From NCBI RefSeq assembly GCF_001194135.2, contig NC_069006.1:6817149-6872243 (forward strand): DNA of 55,095 nucleotides. Reading direction: 5' to 3'. This DNA comes from Octopus bimaculoides (Eukaryota). The translations under genes and the position numbers were made by a program. The notes beneath the pieces were generated by a model, which was not told the DNA's origin, searched no databases, and was given only the letters and a program-made list of their open reading frames with translations. Positions 25,540 to 39,100 of this stretch are shown here, piece by piece; position 1 is the first letter of the stretch; every line of letters begins with the position of its first letter.

Positions 25540-26106
25540 NNNNNNNNNNNNNNNNNNNNNNNNNNNNNNNNNNNNNNNNNNNNNNNNNNNNNNNNNNNNN
25601 NNNNNNNNNNNNNNNNNNNNNNNNNNNNNNNNNNNNNNNNNNNNNNNNNNNNNNNNNNNNNNNNNNNNNNNNNNNNNNNNNNNNNNNNNNNNNNNNNNNN
25701 NNNNNNNNNNNNNNNNNNNNNNNNNNNNNNNNNNNNNNNNNNNNNNNNNNNNNNNNNNNNNNNNNNNNNNNNNNNNNNNNNNNNNNNNNNNNNNNNNNNN
25801 NNNNNNNNNNNNNNNNNNNNNNNNNNNNNNNNNNNNNNNNNNNNNNNNNNNNNNNNNNNNNNNNNNNNNNNNNNNNNNNNNNNNNNNNNNNNNNNNNNNN
25901 NNNNNNNNNNNNNNNNNNNNNNNNNNNNNNNNNNNNNNNNNNNNNNNNNNNNNNNNNNNNNNNNNNNNNNNNNNNNNNNNNNNNNNNNNNNNNNNNNNNN
26001 NNNNNNNNNNNNNNNNNNNNNNNNNNNNNNNNNNNNNNNNNNNNNNNNNNNNNNNNNNNNNNNNNNNNNNNNNNNNNNNNNNNNNNNNNNNNNNNNNNNN
26101 NNNNNN
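25540..26106. other. Assembly gap (567 N)
   Basis: Other gaps: 4729-4738, 15815-16024, 27992-28003, 28848-28975, 30076-30085, 31289-31621, 40685-40694, 53481-53965. Most abut simple repeats, typical of a short-read scaffold. Confidence 0.99.
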
Positions 26107-27165
26107 GGAGAGAGAGAGGGAGAGAGAGAGGGAGAGAGAGAGGGAGAGAGAGAGGGAGAGAGTATGTGTGTGTCTGTATATGAGTGTGAGAGAGTGTAAG
26201 CAAGTGTATGTGTATGAGAGAGAGTATGTGTGTGTGTGTGTGTGTCTGTGAGTGCATGGAGATTGTGTGTGAGTATGTATGTATGGGTGTGTAAGAGTAA
26301 GAGAGAGTATGTGTGAGATCATATGTGAGAGAGTGTGTGTGTGTATACATGCACATACATGCACTCCTTTATGTTCTGAATTCAAAACCCCATGTAAGTC
26401 CACTTTGCCTATCAGCCTCCTGATGTCAACAAAAATAAAAAATGGGTGGTGGGGAGAGGAGGGAGATTCATCAGCTATATTCTTATTCTTGAAGGCATTG
26501 CCCCAGCCTGACCACAGTTCACCAATTGAAAGCAATAAAAGAATAAGCAAACATTTATATACACCTTATTGTTAAATCTATTTAGAGTTGACACATCACA
26601 AATAGATGTTAAATTTAATCAATCCAACAATTTATTTAATGTGTGATAGACTTCTTCCCCCCCCCCCACAGGAGATAGTAGGGGTGAGTGAAATTATGTT
26701 TGAATACAAACATCAATTTGATTGTGAAACTAATGACCAAGAAAAAAGAGCAGATTACTATGTGTAAACGTGTAATATCTCCATTTATATGCTTATGTCA
26801 TGCTTTGGTACATTGGAGTAGTTCACAGCTTTCGTTTATAATGTCTTCATAGTCTAACAGAGCAAAACAAAACAAAAATAAAGTTTTTTTTTTTTTTTAT
26901 ATATCTTGTAAGTTGTAACTGTAATTAAAGGTGTTAGAAGCAGGAATATGGTGCAAGGAAAATCCAAAGATTGCACTATTATTATTAACAACGAAGAAGA
27001 AGAATGAAGAGGAAGGGTTAATCATTGCAAAAGGCATCAATATATTGTAGGAACATACACTGCTCCCACCTTTCCAAATTAGGTCTGAAGAAGACTTTTG
27101 TGAATAAATTTATTATTTGATTAAATGTCTAAATGCCTGTGATGAGTTATTGTTAATATGATTCT

Positions 27166-27340
27166 AATTTTTCGGACTATTAACTTCATCTTTAGAGATG
27201 AAAAATATTTTAATATTTACATCTACACTATGTTTCGACTGGTTTGATGATCAGAGATCAAACCGATCGAAACGTATTGTACATGTAAATATTAAAACAT
27301 TTTTCATCTCTAAAAGATGAGGTTAATAGTCCGAAAAATT
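27166..27340. repeat. Fold-back element, ~83-bp imperfect arms, ~8-nt centre
   Basis: AATTTTTCGGACTATTAAC...GTTTCGACTGGTTTGAT-gatcagag-ATCAAACCGATCGAAACG...GTTAATAGTCCGAAAAATT. Confidence 0.92.
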
Positions 27341-27955
27341 ATAATTGTATTAAATTAATTATTGTTTTCAATATCTGGGGAAATTTTGAAAGTCGGTAAA
27401 AGCAAATGAAAATTAAGTGTTTTCATTGAACCATATATATACATACACACACACACATATATATATATATATGCAGAAAGTAATTCTCAAAAGTTTTAGA
27501 GAAGAAAAAAATAAATAAATAAAATCTTGAGAATTAAGAAACTGAGAAACCTTTGATTTAATAATTATAAAGTTTCTTGGCAATCACAGATACAAAACAC
27601 TACACTATCTAAGTTAAAAATTTGCTGAGAAAGCTAGCAAAGAAATGGGTTGTGGTACATTATTAAAATTTCATTTTCTGCAATAACTCTGAGAACCTAC
27701 CTCAACACATCCACCCACACACCCGCCACCACCAGATATATGAAATGTCAGTGGGAAGAAAAAAGAAAGAAAGAATATAGAGAGAAGGAAAAAGAGATGC
27801 CATCAAGAAATTCATTAAACAGAATGTAGATGCCAAGTAAAGATATGGCTCAAATATGATGTATGATAACTGTTGCTTCCGGAAGCAAGATCTGATAACT
27901 TACATAAGAAAGAGTCAATTTAATCACTTTTAAACATTTAATTAGAATTTTCAAT

Positions 27956-27991
<36 letters not shown>

Positions 27992-28989
27992 NNNNNNNNN
28001 NNNTTGTGTCTTGTATGATTTGTAAATATGGTCTAGAGGTTTGGTCATATGAATGAAAATTGACTTACAGCATAAATATGGAAACTATATTTTGATTAAA
28101 TAAACTAGGGTCAACACCATTTGCCGGGCATTTTTTTCCTATTTATACAACATGGTCTTTTTATATACATATAAGTGTTAGTCAATGCATCCTTTATTAA
28201 CTTTTAAAAGAAGATCAAAACTTATAAAAATATTCAAGTGTGAAAGGGGAATGAAAACAAAAAATTAGAGAAAAACCTTTTAAACATTTCTAAAGATGAT
28301 GATTGAAATAATTAAATAGCTTTATACATTTACAAGGAAAAACTTCTGAATGTGAAAATAGCTGAATTTGAAAATACTTTGATTTGCATAATCAGTGGCC
28401 AATTTGATGACAGGGAAAATCACAATCCTGTCATTGCTTATAGTTCAGTGATTGTTGAAATACAAAGGTAAACAGACACACACGACCACACACATACACA
28501 CACACATCGTTGTTATTGTGTTAAACTATCATATGTCCAAATTTGGCCCAGTATGTTTTGTTTTTTTTTCAATATTTAATTTTCTTGCAATAGCCAGTTC
28601 TTTTGGCCAAACTGTCATATCTCCAGTAGTTCAACAGTCTAGCATTTTTTCAAAAATGTAATAAGTCCCACATACGATGACTGAAAATATCATACATGCG
28701 TGCAGTTACGATTTTATACCTGCAACAAAGTATTGTTAAGCTGAAACTGTTGTCGCTAATGTAAAAAGAAATGGAATGGTGAAACTAGGAAACTATTTTT
28801 TCACTTTCTGAAAAAGCAACGTTTTGGACTTATGACACTTTTGCATANNNNNNNNNNNNNNNNNNNNNNNNNNNNNNNNNNNNNNNNNNNNNNNNNNNNN
28901 NNNNNNNNNNNNNNNNNNNNNNNNNNNNNNNNNNNNNNNNNNNNNNNNNNNNNNNNNNNNNNNNNNNNNNNNNNNACACACATGTAACA

Positions 28990-29395
28990 AACATTTTTCC
29001 GTTTCCATCCATCATATCTACTTACAAGGTATTGGTTGGCCCAGAGCTATAAGAGAAGAAGTAACTCAGTGGTTCCCAAAGTGGGCGGTACTGCCTCCCG
29101 GGGGCAGTGGAAAGATCCAGGAGGTGAGTGTTGAAGAAAAGTGTGGCGATAATAGGATGGCCAAAAGGGGGCAATGGATGTAAAAACAACAAAATAATGG
29201 GTTGATTAGGTTAAATTTGATTTTGAATTTGCTGTGGTTGGGAGCAGTAAGAATATGGTCTGAATTCCAAGAGGGTAGCAGCCCCAAAATGTTTGGGAAC
29301 CACTGCACTATTCCATGGTACTGCACAATGGGACTGAACCCAAATCATATGTTTGGAAAGTGAACTCCTTAATCACATAAATATGCTTGCACCTA
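28990..29395 (-). mobile_element. Family-A SINE split by the hAT-like MITE
   Basis: SINE homology on both sides of 29067-29305. Confidence 0.7.
29067..29305. mobile_element. hAT-like MITE nested in a SINE
   Basis: Perfect 14-bp TIRs CAGTGGTTCCCAAA/TTTGGGAACCACTG. It splits a minus-strand family-A SINE. TSD not recognisable (AAGTAACT versus CACTATTC). Confidence 0.75.
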
Positions 29396-30013
29396 CCATA
29401 CATATACACACACACACACACATGTATATACAAGTGTGTGACTATATATCTATTATATTTTAATCAGCTGAGGTCGAATTTGCCTTTCTTCCTTATGTGG
29501 TCGATAAATTAAGTACCAGTTGCATACTGATGTCAATCTAATAGTGACTGATCCCACTCCCCCAAAATTTCAGGCCTTGTGCCTAGAGTAGAAAAGATTA
29601 TATTTTAATCAGTAGAAAATCACAAAAGTGATTGAAGGGTTTGGGAGTTTTGTGCATGAAACTGATCAAACTGTCTTAAAATAGAGTACGTTTCTGATAT
29701 AGAGAGAATTACCATTCTTTTTGGAATATTCTTTTAAAAATTAATGTTGGAGAGCCTTGTGAAAATTGGAAATTTTGAATAATTAATCAGTCTCTTAAAC
29801 ATGGAGTAGGCTTAAGAGAAAATGGAATGCATATACACACACACACAAGTATTTATGCATACATAAATATATACTTATACAAGTATATATATATATGAAT
29901 ACATACATACACACACACGTGTCTGTGCATGCATATGTATCATAAATTCTCTAAATGATATCTTGATAATCAAATATATCATCAACTAAAAAACTACAAT
30001 AATGAATCATTAT

Positions 30014-30075
<62 letters not shown>

Positions 30076-30994
30076 NNNNNNNNNNACACACACACACACA
30101 CACATACACACACACACACACACACATACACACACACACACACATACAAACACATGCGTGAGCATTAATCTTAATTTCAATGACTGCTACTATAAAATAT
30201 TAATCATATATACTCAAGCTCAGTTTATAACAAAACAAGATAAAGGTCACATGGAAGACATTTTGTCTCATCCTATCAGCAAGTGATCTTGTAAACCCAT
30301 AAGCTTTCTACTGGAAATCTTTCAATTTAATTAAATCTTATTTCTAGAATCGAATGGAAGAGTTGATTTTGTTGGGGTTTTTATTTCTTTTAGAGTGGGG
30401 TTTTTTTGTGGTGGGAGAGGGGGGGGGTTCATGCGAATTACCATCACTATAGAATGCAGTAAAAAAATTATATTCTTAAAATGTAAAAATATTGAAGTCA
30501 AAAGAATGTGCAGTTGTTATTATTTATCATTTTTATCTATTTGTGTTTAAACAGCTTTCAAAATATATAATGTTTATTTTTTAAAAAATTTCCAGTAAAG
30601 TTGAATGTGTTGAACCAAATAAGTTTTACACTTATGCACAAGGTAAATAAAATATGCAAAAATTAGAATTAAAAGGAATTCACTTCATTTTTCCACTACA
30701 TCTCGCTAAAGGCCAAAAGATGCTGGCTGCCACAATCAATGAGATTTCAGAAACTCAGACAAAAGAACATTGCAAAGGTTTAAGGGGTTACACTGACAAC
30801 CACAACCAGTTCCCCAGAGTGATATGACACTTTTGGATTGCAGACATATTCGAAAAGTACCCTCAGGGTTTTCATTGTGTATATTAACCCACTGTATTTT
30901 GTCTAACACTTCATTTATCAATTATGGAATGTAGAAGGCAAATGCCACAAAGCAATTTTCTTTGATGCTTTTACCAATTCTGCTATCTCTGCTG

Positions 30995-31034
<40 letters not shown>

Positions 31035-31622
31035 ATCATCATCATTCTGATGCCTATGTCATTTCATGTCTTTACATTCTGAGCTCAAATTCCACTAAGG
31101 TCAACTTTGCCTTCCATCCTTTTAGGGTTCATAAAATAAATACCAGTCAAGTACTGGAGTTGATGTAATCAACTTACCCCCTCGCCCGCAATTGCTGGCC
31201 TTGTGCCAAAATTTGAAAATAATATCATGAACATGTATACATATTCAGTATCTTTTACTTGTTTCATTCTTTAGACTGAAACCATGCCNNNNNNNNNNNN
31301 NNNNNNNNNNNNNNNNNNNNNNNNNNNNNNNNNNNNNNNNNNNNNNNNNNNNNNNNNNNNNNNNNNNNNNNNNNNNNNNNNNNNNNNNNNNNNNNNNNNN
31401 NNNNNNNNNNNNNNNNNNNNNNNNNNNNNNNNNNNNNNNNNNNNNNNNNNNNNNNNNNNNNNNNNNNNNNNNNNNNNNNNNNNNNNNNNNNNNNNNNNNN
31501 NNNNNNNNNNNNNNNNNNNNNNNNNNNNNNNNNNNNNNNNNNNNNNNNNNNNNNNNNNNNNNNNNNNNNNNNNNNNNNNNNNNNNNNNNNNNNNNNNNNN
31601 NNNNNNNNNNNNNNNNNNNNNN

Positions 31623-31995
31623 TTTATCTTTTACTTGTTTCAGACATTAGACTGCAGCCATGCTGGGGCAATTCCCTGAAGAACTTTTTAGTTGAATGAA
31701 TTAACCCAGTACTTATTTTTTTTTAAACCTAGTATTTATTCTATCAGTTTCTTTTTGCTGAAGTGCAAAGTTACAGGGATGTAAACAGACCAGCACCAGT
31801 TGTCAAGTGGTGGTGGACAAATACACACACACACACACACATGAAGGGCTTCTTTCAGTTTCTTTCTGCCAAATCCACTCACAAAGCTTTGGATGGCCTG
31901 AAGCCATAGTAGAAGGCACTTGTCCAAGGTATCATACTGTGGAACTGAACCTATAACTATGTGGTTGAGAAGCAAGCTTCTTACCACAAAGCTAC
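31623..31995 (-). mobile_element. Family-A composite SINE
   Basis: Collinear with 34161-34628. Confidence 0.85.
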
Positions 31996-34160
31996 TCCTG
32001 GTTAAAAACCTTTTACTTTTTTAATACAAGTAGAGACTGATGATTGATTTGCATTAGATATTCAGGTTTTTTCTTCTTGCATTAGATTTTTCCCAACTAC
32101 TTTATCATTCAAGTGAGGACAGGAAGACTATTCAAATTGAAACATTTATGTGAATTATTTGGAGTGTGTGTGTATATCATAGCTCAATGTCCTTCATACT
32201 GCTAAATTATTCAACCCTGAAGCAGCAGTGGGAGTTCTTTTCAGCTACGATTAAATAGCTGCTAATTTAAGGTCACAAGATAAAATTTGCCCGTTATATT
32301 TTGTTTGTTTGTTTGTTTGTTTTTTTTAAATGGAAAAGAAAATATATCTTTTAAAATTTACAAAAACACATCCCTTCTTTTTGGAAAGCATTTTTGTTTG
32401 GCAGTAGATACACACAAATTGGAACAATATGCAAGAGATTATGTTCACTAGAGAACTGATTTATAGAGAGCAGGCTGTTGAATGTATGTATGTGCAAGAG
32501 AGCATGAGAAAGTGAGAGACAGCGTATAAGTGCCTACATGTGTGTGCTTGTGTCTGTGCAATTATGTATGAATGTATCTATGTGTACATATATATATTTG
32601 GAGATGTGTTTAGATATCACATGTACATACAAACACATATACTGATGATGTACAGTAGTTAAGACAGAGTTTAACTAACCGCTTTACCCCTGAAGCTTAG
32701 CAGTTATGTGCACACACCCCAGAGCATCAATATAAAAAAAAAAAAGTGAAAGGGTCAGAACGAAATAAGTAAATAAGAGCAAACACTAAGCAATGCTCTT
32801 GGCAACGTACGTGTTTCCAACATAAGAATTCAATAAGCTATCCAATAACTGCCAAGAATGGTTCAATAATGTTCTAACACACAGGAGCAGAACACGAGAG
32901 AAAACTGAAGACAGTTTAAAAGACGAACGTAATGTAATCGAAATACCCTTTCATACATAATACTTTATACTATATACTGAAATACTGGCCACAATTATTA
33001 AACTTAATTGCTAAGGAAACTACTTAATCCCATTTTCTTTCGGTGTTTTTCTTCTTTCTTTTTTAATTAATGGAATTGATATTAAAAAAAAAAATTTATA
33101 TCAGACTCTTCTTACATACACACACACCCCCACTCACAATTATTTTATTTGATGGACTATGAAATTAAAAATGGAAGAAGAGTAGGGGTAAAATCAATAA
33201 TAACTCAAACATACAGCATATATGGAATATTACCATCACCAACAATGAATAGTAGAATCACTACAGACCTAAGGGCACCACAATCAATATTTTCTAGTAC
33301 AAACTGAATGCTCACTCTTCTATGGTTCAAATTTAGTCTTAGTCAAGTTAGCTTCTTTTCATTTATTTGTCCATGTAAAAATAGGTAGACTATCAATTAC
33401 AAAGTGATGCTGTTACTTGTATGTGTTGTATCAAACAGATTCAATAACTTGTGTGTCAATTTGATGGTTTTATAGCCTTCAAATGTATGCAGAATATCTT
33501 TGTTGGTAATCATCATATTATCGTGAGAAAGATATCTCTCTCAAAACTGTAACACTAAAGAAACTAAGATAAATCTAAGAGTGCATCTGAGACACTAAAA
33601 ACATACAAATCAGCCTCGTTATTACATTAACCATCATTGTCATCTGTAAACAGTCTCAGTCACTTTAAATGAATTAAATGTGAATTCTAAACAACTGTAG
33701 TCTACTTTGCTTTGCTTTAAAAATAATAAAAAAGACACTTTGTTAATTTAAATTCCATTTTAACAGCACTTATTTCAATATTTTTATATATTTCCAATTA
33801 TATTATTTATTTAGTTAGTTCTGGTTTCTCCTATTTGCATTTACTATCAAGACATGCCACATAGCATTCAATATTCCTCATTGATTATTTCTAAACAACT
33901 TTTGTTTTTACTTTTCTTTTTTGGAACAACATTTCTGATCTTTAGTTTACAAGTTTCCACTTCTCAAGTATATAGTTTACTTGATTCAATATCATATTTT
34001 CTCATTTCTTGCTTTTTTTTCGGTGCTATCATTTCTGAATATATCCCACAGTGCTTGTGCTTACACTAGTTTAGGAAAAATTAATTGCTTTAACTCATTT
34101 GTTATCAATAGTTTTGTTGGAATATTCTGCCTTTGTTTCAGTCAATATTGAAAATAATAC

Positions 34161-34370
34161 TCTTTTACTCGTTTCAGTCATTTGACTGCGGCCATGCTGG
34201 AGCACCGCTTTTTAGTTGAGTAAATCGATCCCAGGACTTATTCTTTGTAAGCCTAGTACTTATTCTATCGGTCTCTTTTGCCGAACTGCTAAGTTACGGG
34301 GACGTAAACACACCACCATCGGTTGTCAAGCGATGTTGGGGCACAGACACACAAACATATACACACACAT

Positions 34371-34431
<61 letters not shown>

Positions 34432-34628
34432 CGACGGGCTTCTTTCAGTTTCCGTCTACCAAATCCACTCACAAAGCTTTGGTCAGCCCGAGGCTATAGT
34501 AGAAGACACTTGCCCAAGGTGTCACACAGTGGTACTGAACCCAGAACCATGTGGTTGGTAAGCAAGCTACTTACCACACAGCCACTCCTGCACCTATAGC
34601 TACTTACCATACAGCCACTCCTACGCCT
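34161..34628 (-). mobile_element. Young composite tRNA-derived SINE, family A (A/B-box head, CORE-like CCTTGGGCAAGTGTCTT, internal TA/CA microsatellite, 3' domain)
   Basis: Minus-strand head AGGTGCAGGAGTGGCTGTGTGGTAAGTAGCTTGCTTACCAACCACATGGTTCTGGGTTCAGTACC. Many CpGs are retained and it is multi-copy in this window. Probably one of the described octopus SINE families (OK/OR1/OR2); exact assignment not made. Confidence 0.9.
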
Positions 34629-35044
34629 GTAAAGTAACTGTCATTGTTAAGCTGGATTTAGAACATAAATTAGCAAGAATTTTGAGAGGAGGTTTTAATT
34701 TAGATCACTTTAAAACTGGAAGTTTGTTTCCTAGAAGCTGATGTAGTCTCAGGTGGGCTGGTATTAAAATGATGAAGAAACATCTCTTAACCTTTTTTCT
34801 AAGTACATAAAGTGGATAAAAAAGGATTTCTAACCAGCTTTCATTGCATGGCAAATTTTCAAGAAGAGGGGAAATGAAAATAATGTTTTACAAAAATATT
34901 TAAAAAATAAATATACCACTGCATTATATTGTCTTTGAGTTTTTAAAGTTCAATGGTAATTCATGTAGATAATTGTTAGATAGATTAGGATGCATGGAAT
35001 TAAGAATCGTTTTGTGCTTAAAAAAGGCTGAGAGTTTATGAGTT

Positions 35045-35100
35045 AAACAGGAAGTGTGGTGTCAAAACAGGAAGTGTGGTGTCAAAACAGGAAGTGTGTG
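35045..35100. repeat. 20-bp tandem repeat (~2.7 copies) containing ACAGGAAGTG
   Basis: AAACAGGAAGTGTGGTGTCA twice, followed by AAACAGGAAGTGTG. Confidence 0.9.
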
Positions 35101-35647
35101 TAAGGGAAGACAATTCTGTAGGGTTTATACTCTTTAGTTGGCGTTCTGAACTTTTTGTCAACAGGAAGTTTATGTCTGTTCTTAGAGAAACAAGAAGTAA
35201 ATTTATATGTATTTCAATGGGTAGGCGAGAGAAGAGAATATGGTCACCGAGGAGTTTGTATGTTAAGAAGCATTTGGAATTTCTCTATAAAAGATTCTCC
35301 TTGTTGATTCTTTCTTGTGTAGAGATTCTGTCTTTACATTGATAGAAAGGGAATATAAGGAATTTAGGGTTTTTATTTTTGGCAAAAGAGTCTATGTGGT
35401 CACAGTGGAATTTGGCGGTGTTGTAGAAGATTTATTTGGACTGCTACTCTTCTATGCAAAGGGAGGCTCATCTGTCCGATATAGTTGTGTTGGCAACCTG
35501 CGCATGTGAGGACATAAATGAGGTTGGTCATGCTTTCAATTTAGCATTCTCCCTTATTATTATTATTACTATTTTTTATTTTCCTATTATCTCTCCACGT
35601 GCGGTTAACACAAGTCCACCATTTACTGACATATATATATATGTATA

Positions 35648-35696
<49 letters not shown>

Positions 35697-35697
<1 letters not shown>

Positions 35698-35860
35698 GCG
35701 GGTTTCTTTCAGTTTCCGTCTACCAAATCCACTCACAAGGCTTTGGTCAGCCCAAGGCTATAGTAGAAGACACTTGCCCAAAATGCCGTGCAGTGGGACT
35801 GAACCCGGAACCATGTGGTTAGTAAGCAAGTTACTTACCACACAGCCACTCCTGCGCCTA
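35697..35860 (-). mobile_element. Young family-A SINE head/core
   Basis: Near-identical to 34435-34595. Further decayed copies lie at ~36150-36290, 39500-39660, 46810-46940 and 47585-47745. Confidence 0.88.
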
Positions 35861-36109
35861 TGTTTATTTTCTTTATATAAATTTCTTTATGTAAATGTTT
35901 ATTTTCTTTATATGGTTATACTTGGCAGTCATTTATTTTTATGCAGACATTGGTCATAAGTCCAAATAATTTTTAATTAGTTGCAGAGCACCCACAGGCA
36001 GTGTAGTTTAACAGTGACACTGGGTTTTATACATAGTGATTATTTTGTGCCTATTATAGTGTTTATGTATGTGTGCATGTGTGTGTTTATGCACATGCAC
36101 ATGAGCACG

Positions 36110-36144
<35 letters not shown>

Positions 36145-39100
36145 TCACCTGACAGGCTTTTGCAATTTCTGTTCACCAAATTTCATTCACAAAGCATTGA
36201 AGCTATGATAGAAGACACTTGCCCAAGGTGTCTTGCAGAGGGATTGAACATGTGTTTGTGAAATGAATGCCTTAACTACTCAACCAAACCTACTTAGACT
36301 TCCTCAACTTTCTCCAGTATTTACTTTCGCTAATCATCCTTGATTTTCCAATAATTGAACATAGAGCTTACATGTCTATCACAAAAAATAACACCTTCAG
36401 TATACAATGATAAATAATATCTATGAATGACATACTTAGCTTGATGCCATTACAATTTATTATATCACGCCTGTTATATTGGAAAAGGCACCAATTCACA
36501 TCTAAATCCATTTTTCCTTTCTCTTCTTCTTCCCATCATTGCTTCTTTGAGCATGACTGATAAGCCCTTTAATTCAATCAAACTGAAACTAGTTTTCTAT
36601 GCCATACCTATATTCTCTACCAACTGCTCTTAATATCACTTCCAAATATATTCACTTTATAGTCGAGGTGCCAGCATGACTACATTGTTACACACATTTT
36701 ATCCTCTATTAAATGATTAATTCACAACTATTCACATCAACTAGTTTCCTATATTGAACACCTCACATCTTTCATTCATAATGCTAAGTACAAAACCTGT
36801 ATTCTGTCTCACTTTTTAATAACTATATTGTCTTGCATATAGTCTAAGATATCAGTGCACTCGCTACATTTTTCAGCATGTTTCTTTTCTCTTTTTTTCC
36901 TTTGCTGCTACTTTAGTATTCCACAATTACATGCTGTCTAGTGGAGCCCTTGCTGAAAATTACAAAGCTGTAATCACTTGGATAGTGAAATGTGTATTGG
37001 GATTTAAAGAAAAAGATTAGAAAATGTAATGGAAGTTGTATTCTAAGGAAGGGAAAGACAGAGAAAGACACAGAGAGAGAAAGTGAAAGACAGAGATAGG
37101 GAAATGCAGAGAGTGGAATAGTGAGGGGAGAGGGTAAGAGAGAGAGAGAATTAGAGTAAAAAGGATTGAATAATGCATCACATTGTATAGAAATATATGA
37201 AGAATAAAAGCAAAGGGGGTTTTTTTTTTCACTTTAAAGTTTTAAGTAGTGAAAGTTTTCATTTATAATCAACTGCAATACAATTTATATTATTTAAAGG
37301 TTTCTTGAAGTTGTTTTTCTAAAAGCATATCTTTATTCACTTTAGAGAAATGTAGGAAGATTGTATATACATATTCACAAACACATGCATGTATATGCAC
37401 ATATACACACACTCAAAGTATTTGGAAGTGGTGATTCCATTTAAAATCAATTTTGTGAGAAAAAAAATCTACCATTTCCATATATAAAAGCAAGAAAATA
37501 ATGGAAGAAACAATATCTGAGAAGACAGTTACCTGTTAAATGATGCAGCTTGATGCGCAGTCTGGTTCATCTGCACGGTACAGGTATTGGAGTGGCCTTA
37601 CTGGTAAGATGTTTGTCTACAGAACAGAGAAAGCAGGTTCAGTGTTACTTTATAAATGAGATGTTATTTTGCTGAGTTAATCTTGTGAATTCGAAGAGAT
37701 AGGAAAAAAAATATAATCTCTGACATAATGCCAATGCTGACAGATTCCTAATTGTTAGTTCAAAGAGTTTGCTAATAGGTATTAAACTGATTCAGTTTCA
37801 TAGACACACAAGATTTATTGAGCAAATTAGTTAATGATTTAACAGCAAATGTACCCAAGGAATACAATGAAAGTGAATAGAGTTAAGAAAAAAAACCCAC
37901 CAAGTTTGATGCAGTAATTTTATGTAACATATGATGAAAGTGAAGTCACATTGCCTAGTGTTTGGGTGTTGAGTTCAAGATCATTAAGTCGTAGGTTCAG
38001 TTTCTGTCGGAGCAGCATAAGACACTAAAGTCCAAGTTTGGTTCAGTTCACTCAGCTGTGAATGAATACCAGCAGTCAGACCTTTTGATGGACTAGTGTC
38101 TCATTTGGGTAAAATTCTTGTACCCACAGTCACTTAAACACCACCAATAGGCCTAAGACAGACTGTAACTAACTTTTAAACATGACAAAATGTTTGAGAG
38201 TAGGAACATAGATTCAACAATTGGCTAACACATTCTTACAGTTCACATTTCCTACGCATAATAATATTCAACACTTTAAGTATTCAATAATATTGCAATT
38301 TTTAGGAGAGTTTATTCTAAATGTCTTTGCAAAAAAGAAAAAAGAAAAATCTGAATTTCCATTGAACATTAAATACAATACACTGTGTTGTTGTTCCTAG
38401 GAAGCTGTGAATGATATCCTAATTATAAAATCTACCATATAAAAGGAAAACAATTAGCAAATATTTCAAGTTCAAGGCAAAATTAAAATGTAATATGATA
38501 TGGTAAGAATTGTGGATTGATAAATAAATATGTACTAGGTTATATAACAGAGAAGAGTTAAATAGGACAGAACAATGTTGAAGACAAAATAATTAAAAGG
38601 GATAGTTGTTTAATGAATTGAACAGAAACAAGCCACAATGAATGCTGCCAACAATTCCACCTTAATGGTAATACAACAGAGTAAAAACACAGTTAGGTTA
38701 CCATCCAACTGTGAAAATATTGCCTGCATTGGACTCTCTAACCCAATGATAGATTAATTCATAAAAAGGAATAGTTTCATATGGAAATGTCTCCAGAGAT
38801 AAAATTATTGAAATAAAACTAAAATAGTCATTATGTCTGCAAGTATTGGATTGCCATTAGAAAACTTCATTAATGTTTCACAGTAAATTAATTATACACA
38901 CACACACACACACAATCCAAAGATCTTTCAATTTTATTTCATCTGTATTTATCGCAATATTAATGACTCAATAAAATATCTTTGACTTTCAAGTTGCTAA
39001 ATGATGATTGGGGTTGATGTTTTTGTAGTTGAATAACCATATGGCTAATCAGATGTAGAGATGTAACCTCAAAATCCAGTTCCACCTAAAAGCCTGTTGC

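Noticed and set aside
25480-26550. Long ORFs of 239-345 aa
   Set aside because: Made of N runs and GA/TG microsatellite.
26815-27110. Further hammerhead-like words (minus ATGAAGA..CGAAAGCT; plus CTGAAGA at ~27086; also ~32905 and ~51731)
   Set aside because: No stem II or cleavage triplet could be built; such short words occur by chance.
37529-37566. Minus-strand mini-exon (MNQTAHQAASFN) and other minus-strand GTAAGT donors (~5670, 25030, 48400)
   Set aside because: Acceptors are weak, segments are very short, and no consistent chain could be built.
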